Shown here: in pieces, positions 61,601 to 64,000 of the stretch
Layout: the number at the start of each line of letters is the position of its first letter
How positions within the stretch are numbered: the stretch's first letter is position 1
NCBI GenBank assembly: GCA_004764695.1
Contig: SMSO01000014.1
Span: 2,785,648-2,849,647, forward strand
Length of the DNA: 64,000 bases
Source: Schizochytrium sp. TIO01
Taxonomy: Eukaryota; Protista; Bigyra: Labyrinthulomycetes
Direction of reading: 5' to 3'
Program-made: the position numbers and the translations under genes
The notes under the pieces: generated by a model
What the model saw: only the letters and a program-made list of their open reading frames with translations
Told to the model about the DNA's origin: nothing
The model's database searches: none

Positions 61601-62367
61601 CTGGATCTGGTAAGACGTACACCATGGACGGTACAGAATCGGACCGTGGTGTTATCCACCGTACTTTTGAGACCTTATTCCAGACGGTTGAGGAACGCAA
61701 GGGTCTCGTAGAATATGCTGTTGAGATGTCAATGCTTGAAATTTACAATGAGACGATTCGTGATCTGTTTGCACCACCAGTGGACCCCAAACAACTTCCT
61801 CAGCACCAAGTGCGGAGGAAACTGGAAGTTCGCCAAGGCCAGCACGGTCTGCATGTCCCTGGCCTTGAGCAAGTTTCAATTGATAACCTCGAGCTTGTTG
61901 AACAGCTCATGAAGAAGGGCATTCAGAATCGCACTGTCGGTCAACACAATGTTAATCAGCATTCCAGTCGTTCACACCTTGTGGTAACAATAACTCTGGT
62001 CGCCAAGCACGAAACGCTTGTTACTCGATCTAAGCTAAATTTGATTGATCTTGCTGGGTCTGAGCGCCTTGATAAAACCAATGCATCTGGCGGAATGCTA
62101 ACTGAAGCAAAAGCCATCAACAAGTCTCTTTCGGCTCTTGGAAACGTTATTCAAGCGCTTGGCAACGAGAAGAAAGATCACGTACCTTTTCGTGATTCAA
62201 AGCTCACTTACTTACTACAAGATTCTCTTTGTGGTACTTCCAAGGTATTGATGTTTGTGAACGTCTCTCCCGTGGAATGGAATTCACAAGAAACTTTATG
62301 TTCACTTACATTTGCTCAACGATGCCGCCGCACTCAGCTGGGCCAAGCTGTAAAACAGAAACAGTGA
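58696..62367 (+). CDS. C-terminal-motor kinesin (kinesin-14) with an N-terminal CEP164-like WW module and long coiled coil
   Basis: Motor: GNIRVYCRVRP, DGYNVCIFAYGQTGSGKT, NQHSSRSH, DLAGSER, HVPFRDSKLT. N-terminus: LGMDPERDAGFLWLAEEALTAELPDEW...YYYNRRTGQSSWENP. First ATG at 58696; the ORF is open from 58630. Confidence 0.92.
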   Translation: MDLDQAGEDVFRQAIMDHALSLGMDPERDAGFLWLAEEALTAELPDEWEPVESDGQQYYYNRRTGQSSWENPLDEPYRRLFLKLRNNPEIAREEKQRRSAARNWNGSNLGAGSISKSSAAAQGSQDIVYADRERKMAEELGLHPLDLGEDPPSAPGSTSSSGGVLTFQGSQADGYTSSRTSAMSQSNQPSIVNIIDHRAATMADGEVDMQYLAEFNDGNTNWFSANTMFSEVPDLIHEYNNGILASRAQATKSLEVQLEEERARVAALKRTLEEERTQSAKELQELREELDTERRNALDNFDSASHYNSASKGPRDFKEREAMAQQLEDMASAKRSVEHALSQVKQELNEEIASNLASRKQVVALEAELEQAKRQCDQAQADHKAAKQRAQEAERRLRDRSFANSPAKSRAGGFADNEDEDLESEIQRLRTELSQKSNECLEATEALEASKRQLNRAANERDVVQTALDKVKVELDLEFKTTARLRQDAQQAQDRADTLERELQISRHDLNTVLAKASPGKSTSPSSKSVTSNAEHAEVKSLRQEISTLQDKLSHEKSEALNTQERLYAAERRATRAENERDVLQKALTQVKAELQQEFTTSAGLRQEAQKLQDKVDSHEREIQSLRDELQDVQNASKKNDNVDDDATRKLEDLQNTIHKLRDSLRQKDSELDDTHANLLAAQEQAQSATRSRDRDAAEREVLENSARTAKEDLARESALAAQMRRELTAAQVKIEEMGKQAGDKEAHEQQLADMDMKLRRSKEKVRTLEQTLARCKDEMDTVIRAHDARTGAANEERVRDLEEQLRERDSQMQRQTEAVEQKAKKIASLEHEIEVIRSAETIDPMELERTKQELAAASERLAEEIRKRRAIHNKLVDLQGNIRVYCRVRPVLVHETKSGRADVVVRFPNEGEIKLLQSLSCRDQEDAFEFDQVFQPTAQQSQVFSQVEPLVQSALDGYNVCIFAYGQTGSGKTYTMDGTESDRGVIHRTFETLFQTVEERKGLVEYAVEMSMLEIYNETIRDLFAPPVDPKQLPQHQVRRKLEVRQGQHGLHVPGLEQVSIDNLELVEQLMKKGIQNRTVGQHNVNQHSSRSHLVVTITLVAKHETLVTRSKLNLIDLAGSERLDKTNASGGMLTEAKAINKSLSALGNVIQALGNEKKDHVPFRDSKLTYLLQDSLCGTSKVLMFVNVSPVEWNSQETLCSLTFAQRCRRTQLGQAVKQKQ

Positions 62368-63367
62368 AACAGTAACGCACCTCAGCATGCCTGTATTTTC
62401 TACAAAGAAAGAAATGGATATGGCGCAAGTACTGATTGTTGGCCGTGGAGGGTTAAGGAAAGAACCAACTCTTCAATATCAAAAAACTACAATCCTTAGC
62501 AGCTCTTCATGAATAAATCGTAATCTGTACTGCACCTCCCTTGCATTGTGCGCATGTATGTCTAATGAGCTGCTCTTATCGAACAATCATGTTGCTCGTT
62601 TCTGATACGTTTTCGTTCATGAGCAGATACAAATAGTTCATAGGTGTTAGATTATGGTGGTACGTAGTACCTAGGTAGGTTGTAGTAGGTAGATAAACCC
62701 ATACTATTCTTTTGTTTACCTTTTGTTGATTCCTTTATTTCTATTTTCAAACATTGGACCACAGTTATAGTATACGGTATGACGGTGACTCAATGGGATC
62801 CTTCACCCTCGGTTGGTATAGAGCATCATGAGATGAAACAAACTTCTTGGTTCTCATCGACTTTGAACGGAGTGGACTTATCCTGCTCCTTGTCCCCCCC
62901 CCCCTTGAACAGAACCAGACTCATTTGCTAGTTCATCGTTCGGAATGGTTATTTGCCATCTTGATTCTGTCTTCAAAGTATAGAACTTGAATTGCTCCTT
63001 TCTATCTTAAAAAATAATATATATTAAAAAAATAAAAAAATAAAAACTAGGATTTCCCTTTTTATAAAACGATCTTTCGCTGGTTATGACATCACTATCA
63101 GCTCTTAGTAGAAATATAAGACGAGAAATAAAGATCCATAAACTTGACAAGGAAATATTCGGGATCGTCATCCAGTCCGGAATCCAGCAGTTCCCAATCG
63201 CCAAAAGCCACAGGACAGATCTCCTTGGGGCTCTGGAGGTGCGTGGACCTGGCGCTGGTGAGAAAGTTTGCGATCAACTCGAGCTTGACTAAATCCCACG
63301 TCTTTAGGGAGGAAGGCTTAACTTGGGCAAGACTCGAGAAAAGGTTGGGTTGACCTTCAACTCAACA

Positions 63368-64000
63368 ATGACTTCGTACTTTGAGGATAAAGATGCAAAG
63401 TGGTTTGCAGGCGCAGGTGCTGGAGTTGCATGCGCATTGATCTTGGGCCGAGCAGCCTTGAAAAAAGCCAAGAGGATTCATGACATGGAAATTGATGTCA
63501 ATACACTCAAGCCAGGATTTGAGAGCGTTCGCGATGTGTTCGAAGCGAACTATCGTGAGGGCCGTGAAGAAGGTTCGCAGCTTGCTGTCTACGTGAACGG
63601 CGAGCTTGTAGTAGATCTGAACGGAGGCCGCAATAAAGAGCGCAAGCTTGCAGCTGATGACCTCACCGTCATTTTCAGCTGCACAAAGGTGGTCGAGTCT
63701 TTGGCAATTGCTATGCTCGAAGATCGCGGGTTGATTGATTACGAGGCTCCCATAAGCAAATACTGGCCATCGCTAGGTCTCCATGCAAGCGTAACTGACC
63801 TCATGCGTCATGAAGGTGGTGTCCCAGTGTTTCAAAATCCACAAACGAAGGCCGAAGGACTGAAAACTTTTAGTGATCCTGATCTGACACAAAAGTATCT
63901 CGAGAACAACAAACCTGAGTGGATTCCAGAAAAGCCTACGAAGCGTCGTTTTTATCATGCTGTTACAAGAGGTATGTATGCCAGTGAAATTGTACGGCGT
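63368..64000 (+). CDS. Beta-lactamase-fold serine hydrolase (esterase/class C-like), truncated by the window end
   Basis: Not in the ORF track because no stop is reached. MTSYFEDK..., hydrophobic N-terminal segment, GFESVRDVF, GSQLAVYVNGELVVDL, catalytic FSCTK (SxxK), IDYEAPISKYWP, LMRHEGG, FYH. Confidence 0.88.
   Translation, partial: MTSYFEDKDAKWFAGAGAGVACALILGRAALKKAKRIHDMEIDVNTLKPGFESVRDVFEANYREGREEGSQLAVYVNGELVVDLNGGRNKERKLAADDLTVIFSCTKVVESLAIAMLEDRGLIDYEAPISKYWPSLGLHASVTDLMRHEGGVPVFQNPQTKAEGLKTFSDPDLTQKYLENNKPEWIPEKPTKRRFYHAVTRGMYASEIVRR

Noticed and set aside
63368-64000. Antibiotic-resistance interpretation of the beta-lactamase-like ORF
   Set aside because: SxxK hydrolases of this type are common esterases/peptidases in eukaryotes, and nothing indicates a mobile resistance gene.

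Overview
Eukaryotic nuclear DNA from an intron-poor unicellular organism (uninterrupted CDSs, 5'-UTR introns, many microsatellites). A stramenopile/thraustochytrid-like host is my inference and is unverified. About 16 protein genes: RVxF+ankyrin protein, secreted Cys-rich repeat protein, F-box/LRR protein with an upstream ADD-like Zn finger, acidic/Lys-rich conserved protein, TPR co-chaperone, RPS17, SDR, MSH4 (broken by two +1 frame breaks), SAP-like/LRR protein, galectin-RRM fusion, HSP90, PX-START tail-anchored protein, uroporphyrinogen-III methyltransferase, GabT-like class-III aminotransferase, CEP164-like-WW/kinesin-14 fusion, and a beta-lactamase-fold hydrolase cut by the window end. 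A decayed LINE-like remnant lies at the left end. The best leads are (i) the galectin-RRM fusion with a remodelled sugar site, (ii) the CEP164-NTD/kinesin-14 fusion, (iii) the ADD-like/F-box/LRR protein, (iv) the frame-broken MSH4, and (v) a cluster of 11 GTGCTAC sites with a perfect 23-bp palindrome in the 7.7-kb divergent intergenic region. All domain calls come from motif recognition by eye; no database searches were run.
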